In this document: positions 20,747 through 31,214 of the stretch, piece after piece | Layout: each line of letters starts with the position of its first letter | How positions within the stretch are numbered: position 1 is the stretch's first letter | Assembly (NCBI GenBank): GCA_965218095.1 | Contig: OZ244587.1 | Span: forward strand, 2,112,001 to 2,176,000 | Direction: 5' to 3' | Source: Candidatus Poribacteria bacterium | Lineage (GTDB): Bacteria > Poribacteria > WGA-4E > PCPOR2b | Length of the DNA stretch: 64,000 nt | Notes under the pieces: model-generated | Seen by the model: the letters and a program-made list of their open reading frames with translations, nothing else | Told to the model about the DNA's origin: nothing | Database searches by the model: none | Translations under genes and position numbers: made by a program

Positions 20747-21978
20747 CTGCGAAGGAAAACCCTGCCGTTGGAAATCACGGGCGAGGCAGAAATCTCCTCA
20801 CCAATGTCGTTGGAGGCGAGAATTTCAAACTCCCGTCCAGCCTTGACCACGGTCACGACACCGTCTCTCGCTGCTAGGTAGATCTTGCCGTCAGCGGAGA
20901 CGGGCGATGCACGGTGCCGATGGCGGTGTGTTCGTTCTTTGTACACTTCGTCGCCAGTTTTGGCATCCATGCAGATTAGATCGCCGTTCTCCCGGCAGAG
21001 ATAGATAAGCCCATCATGGATGAGGGGTGAGGGCACGTCCGGTGTGCCACGGGGTCGCGTCCAGAGATGCCCCTGCTCAGAGTTAGTTATATCTCCCTTC
21101 GCGTCCGGGCTGAGTCCGAGAACCGATCCATTCTTCGCGGAGGGAACAACGATGAGGCCGGGGGTCGCTACAGGCGAGGCAACAAACCGTAGAGATGGGT
21201 TGTAGCTATCATAAGGATTGAGACCGCCGCAGCGCCAGATCTCCCTTCCGTCGTCGAGTCTGTGGGCAGTGATGTAGTCGGCGCCGTGAACGAGCAGAAA
21301 TTCCCGTGTTCCGTCACGATAGAGGAAAGGTGAGGCGTAGGAATGTTCACACTCTGCGTAGGCGTCGCTCTTACGCTCGTGCTTCCAGATCTCGCGCCCG
21401 GTGGCTTTGTCCAACGCGAGGACAAGCCATGCATTGCTGTGTATCAACTGAAGGTAGAGTCGGTCGCCATCAAGGAGCGGCGTGGATGCCATTACAAAGT
21501 AGAGCTTGAAGTGTCCATACCGTTCTTGCAGATTGGTCCTCCAGACCTTGGCACCTTCGAAGTTGTAGCAGGCGAGGTCACCGGTGCTGACAAATGCCCA
21601 GACATCTCGGCCGTCGGTTGATGGTGAGGGAGATGCGGAGTTTCCTTCGCCGCCGCGGACAACACGGTTGCCGCTCCCCAAGGTACGCTTCCACAAGATC
21701 TTCCCTTCGGTACTGACGCATAGCAGTACCAGCTCATCCCCTTCGGCTGAAGTCAAGAAGATACGGTCTTCCCACACAACAGGCGTGGCGCCAGCGGGAC
21801 CGGGAAGCGGAAGCCGCCAAAGGATGTTTTCGGTTTTGCTCCACTTGACCGGCAAGTTGGTTTCGGGGCTGGTCCCATCATTGCGGGGACCGCGCCAATG
21901 TGGCCAGTTTTCCGCAACAGCGGATCCCACTGTGGTGAGGAGAACGATGCCAAATACCACAATTGACCAATATTTCAT
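20710..21978 (-). CDS. PQQ-binding-like (BamB-type) beta-propeller repeat protein, secreted
   Basis: Signal peptide, AENWPHWRGP, repeated SP/W blade motifs and RSYDALYAI end; start placed at MKYWS. Confidence 0.88.
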   Translation of the reverse strand: MKYWSIVVFGIVLLTTVGSAVAENWPHWRGPRNDGTSPETNLPVKWSKTENILWRLPLPGPAGATPVVWEDRIFLTSAEGDELVLLCVSTEGKILWKRTLGSGNRVVRGGEGNSASPSPSTDGRDVWAFVSTGDLACYNFEGAKVWRTNLQERYGHFKLYFVMASTPLLDGDRLYLQLIHSNAWLVLALDKATGREIWKHERKSDAYAECEHSYASPFLYRDGTREFLLVHGADYITAHRLDDGREIWRCGGLNPYDSYNPSLRFVASPVATPGLIVVPSAKNGSVLGLSPDAKGDITNSEQGHLWTRPRGTPDVPSPLIHDGLIYLCRENGDLICMDAKTGDEVYKERTHRHRHRASPVSADGKIYLAARDGVVTVVKAGREFEILASNDIGEEISASPVISNGRVFLRSYDALYAIQAPE

Positions 21979-22066
21979 CAGTTTTGTAATCACAGCGATG
22001 TGCCCTCCAAATTCTATTGTGTGAAATAATACCTGATACACGCTCCAGGCGCTACTAGTCTGTCTA

Positions 22067-22450
22067 TCAAGCGTTATTTCTCCATTCCTTTCTGTGCTGG
22101 TTTCTTCCTGCCCTTTGCGAATCTACGGAGATTGTTTTCGCGATATACGACAAGAATTTCTCCCGAAGATAACATGACTGCGCCGGGAAATGCTCTGTTG
22201 TGGGCATTGCCGCCAGCAATCGTGAAGTGTCGAATTGCTTTGAACCGGTCGCGCATTCCAGGGACGTCCGGCCGTAAGCCATGTCAATACAGAATTGCCC
22301 TCTGAAACGGATGTCCAAACGCGTATACTTTCCCTTAAAGTTTTCCTCCGCAACGCGGTTAATCTGCTGCTCCACATCACGTTTGACCGCATCTGGGATT
22401 TTTACTCCACCTGAGTCCGGATCAAAAACCCACTGTTTACGTCGTGCCAT
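22067..22450 (-). pseudogene. Fused remnants of a conserved hypothetical protein and a BNR/sialidase-like N-terminus
   Basis: SD GGAGG + MARRKQWV...RLDIRFRGQFC then loses coherence; a second frame (22074-22256) reads NRAFPGAVMLSSGEILVVYRE and then ends. Confidence 0.4.
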
Positions 22451-22497
22451 AACTTCCTCCAATATGTTCGCTGAAATTTCAATTTGCTTGTTATACA

Positions 22498-22758
22498 TTA
22501 TGGGGTTATCCTCAACCGACGCCGCATCTCCTCACTCGATATTCCACCCTCCGCTTCTTGACGAGCCCGTGACTGTTCAATAAGTGCAAGAAACTCTGGA
22601 TCTGTACTCAACGCAATCGTTTCTAAATCCGCGTTTTCTAGTGCTATCGAAGCAGCGATTGGTTTGCCATTGACTGTGACAACCACAGGTTCTGTACTCA
22701 CCTGCCCTGTATATTCAGCTAAACTTGCCTTCGCCTCTGCTTGCTCTATAGTCTTTAT
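22498..22758 (-). pseudogene. Phd/YefM-like antitoxin lacking a canonical start and its toxin
   Basis: Frame reads IKTIEQAEAKASLAEYTGQVSTEPVVVTVNGKPIAA from an ATA codon at 22758; no intact toxin ORF is adjacent. Confidence 0.55.
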
Positions 22759-22887
22759 AAGTCTATTACCTTGTTTTCCCGAGTAGTGACCTATTGATAG
22801 GAGCGGCTATCGCTTTCAGCGCGACGATAGATGGCGAGACTCAGCCAGGGGCTGAGTTGAAAGTGATTCTCTTTGTACTAGGGAGTG

Positions 22888-22930
22888 CTAGAAACTGTCT
22901 GTGAGTCAATGCTTCACTGACAGTTTCTAG
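22888..22930. repeat. Inverted repeat downstream of the USP gene (terminator or MITE remnant)
   Basis: CTAGAAACTGTC (22888-22899) and GACAGTTTCTAG (22919-22930), perfect 12-bp arms. Confidence 0.6.
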
Positions 22931-22949
22931 GTCATAACTTCAATTTCGG

Positions 22950-23801
22950 TTAATGATAAATAAACAACGGAATACCTGCCTGCGCCACAAGGGATTTGGT
23001 TACACTCCCGAAGACGAACTCCGACACACTTCGTCTCCCATACGCCCCCATGACAAGCAGATCGATTTCATGTTCTCGGATGTAGGACAGAATCACTTCA
23101 TCTACCCTGCCTCTCAAGTGGACCTTCTCTAGCTGTACCCTATATCTACCAAAGTAATCGCCGAGTCTGTCGAGCAACCGTTTTCCACGATTCGCATCAT
23201 TGTTGATATTCAGGAGGGTGATGTCGCACTGATTCCAGATGTGAAGCAGCAGAAACATCTGAATGGCTTTGGTGACTTGGACGCTGTTATCATAAGCAAC
23301 AAGCACTTTTTTAATCTCCCTGACAGAATCGGGCACTGCAAAGACCGCCGTCAACCCCTTATGGAGAATTCGATGCAAGGTGTTACCCGATTCGTGTCTG
23401 ATGCTATACCGAAAAAAGGTCTTCTGCCCGATCATAATAAAATCGTGGAATTTTGACTCTTCGATAATTTCCCGAAATGGGCTACCTGTCTCTGAATGGA
23501 TTGTGTGGCGAATCTTTTTCTCCTGACAGGTTTTCTCAAAGTCTTTAAGGATTTCACCGACCATCTCCTGCGTCTCCTTGAGGTGGTGTTGCTCAGAAAG
23601 TTCATCGTAGCGCATCGCTCCGATCGGCGCGGGACCGCCTGAACGTAGGATACCCGGCAGATCGATTACCCCGATGCCGGTCAGTGAGGCGTTATGTTCA
23701 AGAGCGATTTGCGTGGCATATTCGACCGCCGCCTGAGAATAACTTGAACCGTCGAGACACACAAGGATTTCCGCAAAACTCAAAGGATTTCTGAGGGGCA
23801 T
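22950..23801 (-). CDS. Tandem-domain universal stress protein
   Basis: ILVCLDGS, VLVAYDNS and DLLVMGAYGRRSVSEFVFGSVT; start placed at MPLRNP after GGAGG. Confidence 0.88.
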   Translation of the reverse strand: MPLRNPLSFAEILVCLDGSSYSQAAVEYATQIALEHNASLTGIGVIDLPGILRSGGPAPIGAMRYDELSEQHHLKETQEMVGEILKDFEKTCQEKKIRHTIHSETGSPFREIIEESKFHDFIMIGQKTFFRYSIRHESGNTLHRILHKGLTAVFAVPDSVREIKKVLVAYDNSVQVTKAIQMFLLLHIWNQCDITLLNINNDANRGKRLLDRLGDYFGRYRVQLEKVHLRGRVDEVILSYIREHEIDLLVMGAYGRRSVSEFVFGSVTKSLVAQAGIPLFIYH

Positions 23802-23867
23802 TGGCAACCTCCGATCTAAATTGACATACACTGAACAATCCGTTTCTCTTAAACTCCTTTGGCTTCT

Positions 23868-23947
23868 GTTAAGAAATTGTGCAAAGAAACCAAGTTTTTC
23901 CGAAAAACTCGGGGTTTCCAGACAACTTTGCACCTTCTTTTGACATG
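23868..23947. repeat. Palindromic repeat family A, copy 1
   Basis: GTTAAGAAATTGTGCAAAGAAACC...AAAACTCGG...CTTTGCAC; related copies at 35397, 44081, 46851 and 47785. Confidence 0.8.
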
Positions 23948-24172
23948 CCCCAATGGTATTATTATTAGAGCGATTTAAAGCTAAATATAACATATCATCA
24001 ATGGAATATCAACAGGAAATGCGTTTCGCTCGCAGGGGGATGTATGCTTGCTTGACTGGTTCGGGAAAGAAGTTATTAGCTATCACGTGAATGATAAGAT
24101 TCCGGGCAAATTGGCCAGGGTGTTGCACGCGGAAAGACAGAACAACTTTACGCCAAAAAATTAGTCTTGCCG

Positions 24173-24197
24173 GGAACATCCGTCGAGAATCTGCGTC
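24173..24197 (+). promoter_or_regulatory. Putative ECF-sigma autoregulatory promoter
   Basis: GGAAC (24173-24177), 16 nt, CGTC (24194-24197), upstream of SD GGAGG and the ECF start codon. Confidence 0.55.
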
Positions 24198-24257
24198 ATA
24201 ATAGGTGTATACTTGGCGGTTACACGACAATCCAACACTTGACACCCGGAGGTTCTA

Positions 24258-27040
24258 ATGGCGCAAAGTGACGCGGAACTCATAAAGCGAACGTTGGAGG
24301 GCGATGACAACGCATTCGGCTTTTTGGTGGATAAATACAAGGGCGCTGTCCACGCCCTCGCCTACCGCAAAATCGGGGACTTTCACATCGCAGAAGACAT
24401 TACGCAGGACACCTTCCTCAAGGCATATCAGAAACTATCAACGCTGAGGCACTATGCTCATTTCCCAGGCTGGTTGTATGTGATTGCGGCGCGGTGCTGT
24501 ATCTCCTGGCTTAGAGAAAATCAGCACCCAACTCAATCTCTCGACCAGGTAGCGGCACAGATCGAGGCATCGGCTCAAAGAAATATGCTAATGATCGTTT
24601 GCGTAAGGGAGTCCAGGATGCGCTTGAAAGCCTACCTGAAAGTGACCGGACCGTTCTGACGCTACACTATCTGGGTGGAATGACCTACGAGAAGATTAGT
24701 CGTTTCATCGGCGCTTCAACCGGCGCTATCAAGAACCGTCTCTATCGCGCTCGACACCATTTCAAGGAGGAGATAATGAAAATGATACATCAAACTTGGG
24801 GGGCTTTCCAGCTTCCACCGACATTCACACAGCAACTGGTTGAAAATATCTGCCATCTTAGGCCAACAGCAACACCGAACGGCAAACCGCTGGTGCCCTG
24901 GATTACCGCGATAACGCTGGGCGTGGCGACGCTGTTTATCGCGGCTGGCATGTTAGCGACATCGCAATTCCAGCAACCTTATTCCCTCAATGCACCCGCC
25001 CCGACGAAGATGGTCGAATTGACGGATACCTCAATTATTGATACTCCCTTGCAGAAGCCACGGCTTCCAAATCACTTTGATGGAGATAGAAGTCCTGCTT
25101 TGGCTCTCGCAGCCGGCGAGGACGATACGGCGCAGACAGAGAATCCGCGAGGAAACATTTCTGGACAGGTTATCTATGCTGGCTCAGACAAACCTGCCGC
25201 TAACGTACCAATTCGCGCTGCTGGTATGGAGCCGGGTATGGGAGAGGAACCTATCACACACACGGGTATGGATGGTACGTATACCTTGAAGGATCTTATC
25301 GTCGGACCATACGTTGTCATGGTTGGTGATACTTGGGAGTGGCACGAAACTTTTGCTTGGCGTGCTCGCGCTCAGGAAGGTATTCATGTGAAAGCCGATA
25401 ACGTATATACTGGAGTGGATTTCTTATTGACGCCGGGGGCGTTTGTAGAAGGCAAAATCACAGACGGTGACACAGGCGAACCTGTAGCAGGGATACAGAT
25501 CCAGGTTTACGACGCCACGCATCCACCGACTCAGGGCGTGGGACATTGGCTCAAAACTGGTACAAATGGGCGCTATCGCTTCCGTGTGGCGCCCGGACAA
25601 GTAGGTATTTCTGCTGGCCCAACCAATACCAGCGCAGAATATTACTTTGCATATCCTGAGGGGGAATATAGAGGGGAAATCGTGGAGGGTGAAACGATTT
25701 CTGACATTGATTTTGTCTGTTATCGTGGGTATACCATACACGGCACTGTCCAGACAGCAGATGACGAACCGATGGTGGGAGCATCTGTCCGTCTGGCTAT
25801 GGACACTGGATTTAGCCGTTACACGCAGACGGATGAACGAGGACAATTTAGGCTCAACGGTGTATCTAGCAGTATAAATGAGGTAATCATAGATGCCGCA
25901 CATGATCTCCTACACGGACAAGGAACTTGGTCGAAAGGGCAAACAAACCCCGTCGTAATTACAGTTGCTCAGCGAATCACTGCTACTATTGTTGGTCAAG
26001 TGATCGACGAGAGTGGCAAACCAATTGCTCACGCCGACATTGGATTGGGTTGGGAGGAGGGGTACGGTGGGAGAACAACCACTTCGCCGATTGCAGAAAC
26101 AGATTCAGAGGGAAACTTCACCGTGGGGCCGACATTCCATGGAGTGTGGTGGTTGGAGGTTGGCAGAGTCTATCAGGTTTATGCGAAAGCAGCCAACTAT
26201 GGAAAAACCTCATCCGAATGGTTCACTCTGCAGGAAGGTGCTAATAACGTTCCAAACCTTGTATTGCCAAAGGCAGAATACTTCATCGCCGGACAGGTTG
26301 TCGACTGGCAGGGTCAACCTATCGGTGGAGCATCTGTGTTCGCTGAAGGTCCTCACACAGGAGCAAACAGCATCACTGATTCGGCGGGAAAATTTCGCCT
26401 GAAGAATATTGCTGATGACCGTGTACGCGTGTATGCATGGGATGCAGCTTATCCTCCCTCTAATGATAAAGCCCAATTCGAGGCAAACCGAGAAGACGTG
26501 CAACTGGTCTTGCCTCCCAATAAACCAATGTTAATAGATGACGAAGGCAACACAATAGAGTTTGGTTCTTTCCCGCATCCGCTGGAGGGCAAATCTGTAC
26601 CTGAGTTGAAGGTTGACCGTTGGTTCAATACCGAACCGATAGCGCTGGAATCGTTGCACGATAAGGTTGTTGTCCTAAATTTTTGGTCAAGCTTTGTCAA
26701 CTCGGAATCTTGCGCTGTCTGGTTCTCTGCGCTTAATCGTATCCACGACCAATATAGCGATAAAGGGGTTATCGTAATCGGGGTGCATACTTCTGCCGAT
26801 CTCAAACATCACACCAATATCCAAGGAACTGTTGACCAAGAACAAATTAGATACCCAGTCGGAATTGCCACAAAAGATTCGCGGGATGAATTCGGTGCTA
26901 CGTTCAAAGACTACTCAGTTGACTACTCAGTTGGATCTATTCCAACAATTTTATTCGTGGACAAGGCGGGTAAGATTCGATATCTGTTCCTAATCGGACA
27001 ATCCCTTGAGGCAAAGGTGCTGGCGTTGTTGAAGGAGTAA
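24258..27040 (+). CDS. ECF sigma factor fused to a TM helix, carboxypeptidase-regulatory-like repeats and a TlpA-like thioredoxin fold; frameshift near 24579
   Basis: Sigma region 2 (AEDITQDTFLKAY...WLYVIA) in 24258-24659; region 4 (LESLPESDRTVLTLHYLGGMTY...RLYRAR) in the next frame; TM WITAITLGVATLFIAAGM; repeated TD..G.F motifs; VVLNFWS. Confidence 0.8.
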
Positions 27041-27202
27041 CCTGATAAATATATACCATTACCCAAAACTTCTAACTCTAAGTGTCAGGGTGCTGATAAG
27101 GTGCGCGTGAACATGGTTTACACGCTATCTCAATCTATCGTCGTCAAACGGACTCGGAGGCTGTTGCAAGGTTTGACCGGAGACAAAACGTAGCCGCCAA
27201 GT

Positions 27203-29149
27203 TTACGCTTGCGTCGTTCTCCCTTTATCGCTACCCACTTCAGCTATGTGTTCATCATCCTGCTGATAATACCTCCCAAGGACCTCATTATCCAGACTCC
27301 GTCCTTCCTCAATCACCTGCGCTGCAAATTCTAGGTTGATTGTCGTGAGGTTCGCTTCCTGTGCTCGCTGCTCGACACGGGATTGCGTGATGTTCCGCAT
27401 AAATCCAGCCGGTACGAGATTCAGCCGTTCGCGGGCATCTGCCGTCCATTCAAACGGACTTTCAAATGTTTCTGCTTGGGAGGTATCGGCAGGTTCACGA
27501 GACTGTGCGACAGCTTTCAGTTCGGGCGCGTCTTCACGGACAGCGGAAGCCTCCTCCATACTCTCGTTAATAATCCGCATCGCAAACTCATTCGTGATGG
27601 TGTCGATTTTCTGGGTGCGTGCCGATTTCTCGATTCGCGCCTTGACATTACGTCGCATATAACCCCGCGGAACATTCCGCAACGCTTTCTTTGCCTGACC
27701 TGACCACTGGAGGCGTACACCATCGAAGGTCTGTTCCTCACTGACGCCGCCCTCCTGATCTGCAACCTTCTGGAGTGAGTCTTTATCAACCATCTGGAAG
27801 CGGTCACCGCCTGTGCCGCAGACAGGGCATTTCACAGGCTGTTGGTCGCGGGCGGCATACCCACAATCTCCACAGATGTAGGTTTTGACTGCATTGGACT
27901 CTAGTACTGTCTGTGTCGCAATCTCTTTGGCGACCTTGGTCATCCGTTCCGCGGAACGCCCCGGCATAAACGTCTCCATCGCTTGATCGATGACGCTTTC
28001 GGTGATCACGGAATGTCCACGTTCAATCGCAAAGCGGTGGACAGCGGTGCGTGCGATGCCCTGCACCTGCGGCGGTGCTTTCGCCATTCGATCCAATGCT
28101 TCCTGCGTCCAAACGACGGTCTCCTCTGCCTTGACATCAACTTTGGGAACATACCGGTGGCTCGACAGCAGCATGTTACACGGCGCGAGTCGCAATAAGT
28201 TTTCAGTGTTGCTGCCGATGTCCATATCGGGCTCGCTGTGGACGCCGATTCGCCCCAACACCAGCAGCCACGGTTCTGTTTTTCGGGTGTATTGCAAGAT
28301 CTTTTCAAACGCTTTGCCGTCCAGCAAGGTAATTTTGAGGTCGTAGTTGTGGTCTTCCTTGGCGATGGTCCGGGCAATCTCTAAATGGGATTGATAGATT
28401 TTGGCGAGCCCGGTGTCGATGACCTCCTCGTGCAACTGCTCCTGCTCTTTGAATCGGAAGGTTTTGGAGGCTCGCTCGGTTAAGACGCTGACAACCGAAT
28501 TAAATACCACATAGTGAAGATACGGATCATAGACACCAACCGCCTCAACCTGTCTATCAAATGCCTTGCCGATCCGGATCGCCGTTTTCAGTCCACCGAA
28601 GGATTCGGGGCTACCATCAATCCCGACGAGAATATGCCCCTGCTGTTCCACGATAGGCTCAGTATTTCTGACCACGAAGGTATCAGTTTGAATGCGCCGC
28701 GCAACCCGTTCAACGACGCCGCCAAGTAGGCTGTCCTTAACCACGCCCATGCCCAGGGCACCCATAATCACGAGGTCGTAATCGCTCGCCTGAATGTCCT
28801 CCACCAGCTTGATGAAGTGCTTGCCTTCGGGCATCTTCGCTTCAAAGGGAATCTCATTTTGAGCACATTTCTTCTTCATGACCTCCAGGTACGAATCGGA
28901 AATCAACTGAAGCCCCATCGTAATCAAGGTGTCATGAATGCGGCGCTGTTTCTCCAGTTCGGCTTCATCCTGATACTCTTCGGGGAGTGTGTACTCCATC
29001 TGCTTGAAGCGAACATCGTGCATCTTCGCCGCATAGACGTGGGAGCCGACGAGTTGCGACTGAAATTTTTTGGCGAACTCCACGGCGAAATCGACGCTCG
29101 CATCCGAATGTTCCGAGTTGTCAACAGGTACATAGATTTTCTTAAACAT
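27203..29149 (-). CDS. Universal stress protein with two USP domains, three PCP_red-like domains and a rubredoxin-like metal site
   Basis: IYVPVDNS and ILVGIDGS USP starts; three W(T/S)xxA...P...R repeats; CGDCGY...CPVCG. Confidence 0.8.
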   Translation of the reverse strand: MFKKIYVPVDNSEHSDASVDFAVEFAKKFQSQLVGSHVYAAKMHDVRFKQMEYTLPEEYQDEAELEKQRRIHDTLITMGLQLISDSYLEVMKKKCAQNEIPFEAKMPEGKHFIKLVEDIQASDYDLVIMGALGMGVVKDSLLGGVVERVARRIQTDTFVVRNTEPIVEQQGHILVGIDGSPESFGGLKTAIRIGKAFDRQVEAVGVYDPYLHYVVFNSVVSVLTERASKTFRFKEQEQLHEEVIDTGLAKIYQSHLEIARTIAKEDHNYDLKITLLDGKAFEKILQYTRKTEPWLLVLGRIGVHSEPDMDIGSNTENLLRLAPCNMLLSSHRYVPKVDVKAEETVVWTQEALDRMAKAPPQVQGIARTAVHRFAIERGHSVITESVIDQAMETFMPGRSAERMTKVAKEIATQTVLESNAVKTYICGDCGYAARDQQPVKCPVCGTGGDRFQMVDKDSLQKVADQEGGVSEEQTFDGVRLQWSGQAKKALRNVPRGYMRRNVKARIEKSARTQKIDTITNEFAMRIINESMEEASAVREDAPELKAVAQSREPADTSQAETFESPFEWTADARERLNLVPAGFMRNITQSRVEQRAQEANLTTINLEFAAQVIEEGRSLDNEVLGRYYQQDDEHIAEVGSDKGRTTQA

Positions 29150-29194
29150 CGTTCCTCCTCCGATGTCAGTTTTCCATCGACGAATTATATCTTT

Positions 29195-29488
29195 TCAATC
29201 TTCGATTTTCAATCCTGATATTGCGTCGTGCTTTCTTTGCTGATGCTTACCCCAGTATCCGCCGAGGATGTGTCCTAAAATTGTTCCCATAAAAAGGTAG
29301 GGAATTGCAGTCCAATCCCAGTGTAGAATGAAACGGCGGGTGAGAATGTTAATGAGAATCGGGAGATAAATACATCGTCCCCAGGGGCGGGAAAATCTTC
29401 TGAAACGGATTCGGAAAAATCCGAAAGGAAGGTTGATGAGGAAAATAAGGCACGCAACACCTAGACGCGCCATGTTGAGGCTAAACAT
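29195..29488 (-). CDS. Small hypothetical membrane protein
   Basis: 97 aa with three hydrophobic segments, INLPFGFFR...W motif, co-oriented within the operon. Confidence 0.6.
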   Translation of the reverse strand: MFSLNMARLGVACLIFLINLPFGFFRIRFRRFSRPWGRCIYLPILINILTRRFILHWDWTAIPYLFMGTILGHILGGYWGKHQQRKHDAISGLKIED

Positions 29489-29518
29489 TTCGACCTGCTT
29501 GCTCCGAAGAAATCTCGA

Positions 29519-30181
29519 TTATTTCAGCAAGGTTCTTATATCCCGCCGAAGTTGCTGGAGATTGGCTTTACTTCGACTTTCATAGTAGCCGCGTACCTTT
29601 CCCTGTCGATCGACGAGGGCGAACCGCGTGCTATGGAGAATTTCGCCTCCCTGATATCCGGCTGCCAGACTGAAGCCATCGTGGGCAAGTTGATAAATCG
29701 CTGCTTTCTCCCCCGTCAAAAAAGACCACCGACTGTCATCCGCACCATAGCGATCGGCATAGCGCGAGAGCACCGCGGGCGTATCCCGTTCCGGATCGAC
29801 AGAGAAAGAGACGAAATAAACGTCCCCCGTCGCAAATTCCTCCTGAAGTCTCACCATTTCATCCGTCATCGGCGGACAAATTGTGGCGCAGCTTGTAAAA
29901 ATGAAATCGGCGACCCAAACTTTGCCGCGGAGATCTGTCAACGCAAGGGGACGACCATGCTGATCGGTCAGGGAAAAGTCCGGCAGTTGATGCTCAATCA
30001 TGAGCCGCGATAATGAACGCGCTGACTCGGAGGTTACACCGGACTTTTGATGAACCAATGACCGGATGTTAGCACCAAAGATACCAACAATCACGAGGGC
30101 TAACACACCCCAGAGGAATCCACGCAGCATACGTTCGTTGGGTCTGATGTCCTGCTCTGGAGATTTGACTTTGGCTTCCAT
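29519..30181 (-). CDS. SCO1/SenC copper chaperone
   Basis: TM anchor, FIFTSCATICP, SVDPERDTP and HSTRFALVD. Confidence 0.92.
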   Translation of the reverse strand: MEAKVKSPEQDIRPNERMLRGFLWGVLALVIVGIFGANIRSLVHQKSGVTSESARSLSRLMIEHQLPDFSLTDQHGRPLALTDLRGKVWVADFIFTSCATICPPMTDEMVRLQEEFATGDVYFVSFSVDPERDTPAVLSRYADRYGADDSRWSFLTGEKAAIYQLAHDGFSLAAGYQGGEILHSTRFALVDRQGKVRGYYESRSKANLQQLRRDIRTLLK

Positions 30182-30225
30182 AGGCGTCGTAAAATGTGAA
30201 ACGTAAAATTTTCTCACGTTTCATG

Positions 30226-30564
30226 TTAATGCGCTGTGTCTACGGCTTGGGATTCAGCCTTGCCGGCTTCCGCTTCAGCATGGCGGGCATCTGCCAGTAG
30301 GTCTGGAAGCAGCATAAACACAAGAAAAATGCAGATGATAAACGGTGTCAGTGCAATGACTGTCAAGGTTTTCTGCTCGAATTTCAGGTGCATAAAATAG
30401 AGTGCGACATAAGCGGCTTTAGAACATGCCATACCGATAAGAAGAAGCACCGTCACAACCGTCGGCAAAGGCAGGTAGACGACGAGGACTTCAGCAATTG
30501 TGAGTACGAGCAGGATCCAAAATATCCTCATGTATTTCGGGTGTTCCTTTTCAGCGTGTTCCAT
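30226..30564 (-). CDS. ctaF: Cytochrome c oxidase subunit IV
   Basis: LLVLTIAEV and KAAYVALYFMHLKFE, the prokaryotic COX4 motif. Confidence 0.85.
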   Translation of the reverse strand: MEHAEKEHPKYMRIFWILLVLTIAEVLVVYLPLPTVVTVLLLIGMACSKAAYVALYFMHLKFEQKTLTVIALTPFIICIFLVFMLLPDLLADARHAEAEAGKAESQAVDTAH

Positions 30565-30584
30565 ATTAATTCTCCATTTCGTGA

Positions 30585-31211
30585 TTACAGTAGATAGACA
30601 AAAGTAAAGACCATGATCCAGATAAGGTCAACGAAGTGCCAATAAAGCCCTAAGATTTCGACTTTGTGGTTATATTCCGCAGTGTACGTGCCTCGCATTC
30701 CCTGAATCAGGATAACAATGAGGTAAATCACGCCGCCGGTGACGTGGGCACCGTGGAAACCTGTGATCGCGTAGAAGGTCGGACCAAAAAGCTCGGAACC
30801 GGACACCCCATGCTTCAGCGATGTCAGGGTGAGACCGTGCTGGATTAAGTGCGTCCATTCATACGCCTGTAGCCCTAAGAAGATAAGCCCACCCAGAATC
30901 GTCAAGCCGAGATAGGTGCACATTCTTGATTGGTTACCATTCTGAATGGATTCGAGGGCTTTGACCATCGTGACACTACTACAGATTAGCAGGAATGTCA
31001 TAAATGCTGTGAGGTTAATGCCGAGGACTTCCGATGGAGGTGCCCATTCTGCTGCGCCGGCGCGCACGGCACCGTAGGCGGCGAGCAAAGCCCCAAATGA
31101 CATTGCATCGCTAATAAGAAAAAGCCACATCCCCAGCTTGCCCAAGCTGTCGGGCGTGAGGGAAGGCTCATAAGTATCGACAGAATGATCGAGTGTCGCA
31201 GTTTCTTCCAA
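30585..31211 (-). CDS. ctaE: Cytochrome c oxidase subunit III
   Basis: GMWLFLISDA, FYAITGFHGAHV and GLYWHFVDLIW. Confidence 0.9.
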   Translation of the reverse strand: MEETATLDHSVDTYEPSLTPDSLGKLGMWLFLISDAMSFGALLAAYGAVRAGAAEWAPPSEVLGINLTAFMTFLLICSSVTMVKALESIQNGNQSRMCTYLGLTILGGLIFLGLQAYEWTHLIQHGLTLTSLKHGVSGSELFGPTFYAITGFHGAHVTGGVIYLIVILIQGMRGTYTAEYNHKVEILGLYWHFVDLIWIMVFTFVYLL

Positions 31212-31214
31212 TTT

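Noticed and set aside
23802-23993. N-terminal extension of the USP ORF in the ORF track
   Set aside because: It is a translation of repeat family A; the SD-supported start is at 23801. Likewise the track extensions of queG, the cupin and both LivJ genes run through intergenic or repeat DNA.
24570-24600. Programmed frameshift in the ECF gene
   Set aside because: There is no canonical slippery heptamer or obvious stimulatory structure; a single-base loss by mutation or assembly error is simpler.
27203-28110. Photosynthesis inferred from PCP_red-like domains or b6-like cytochrome
   Set aside because: PCP_red-like domains and split cytochrome b occur in non-phototrophs, and no bch/chl or reaction-centre genes are present.
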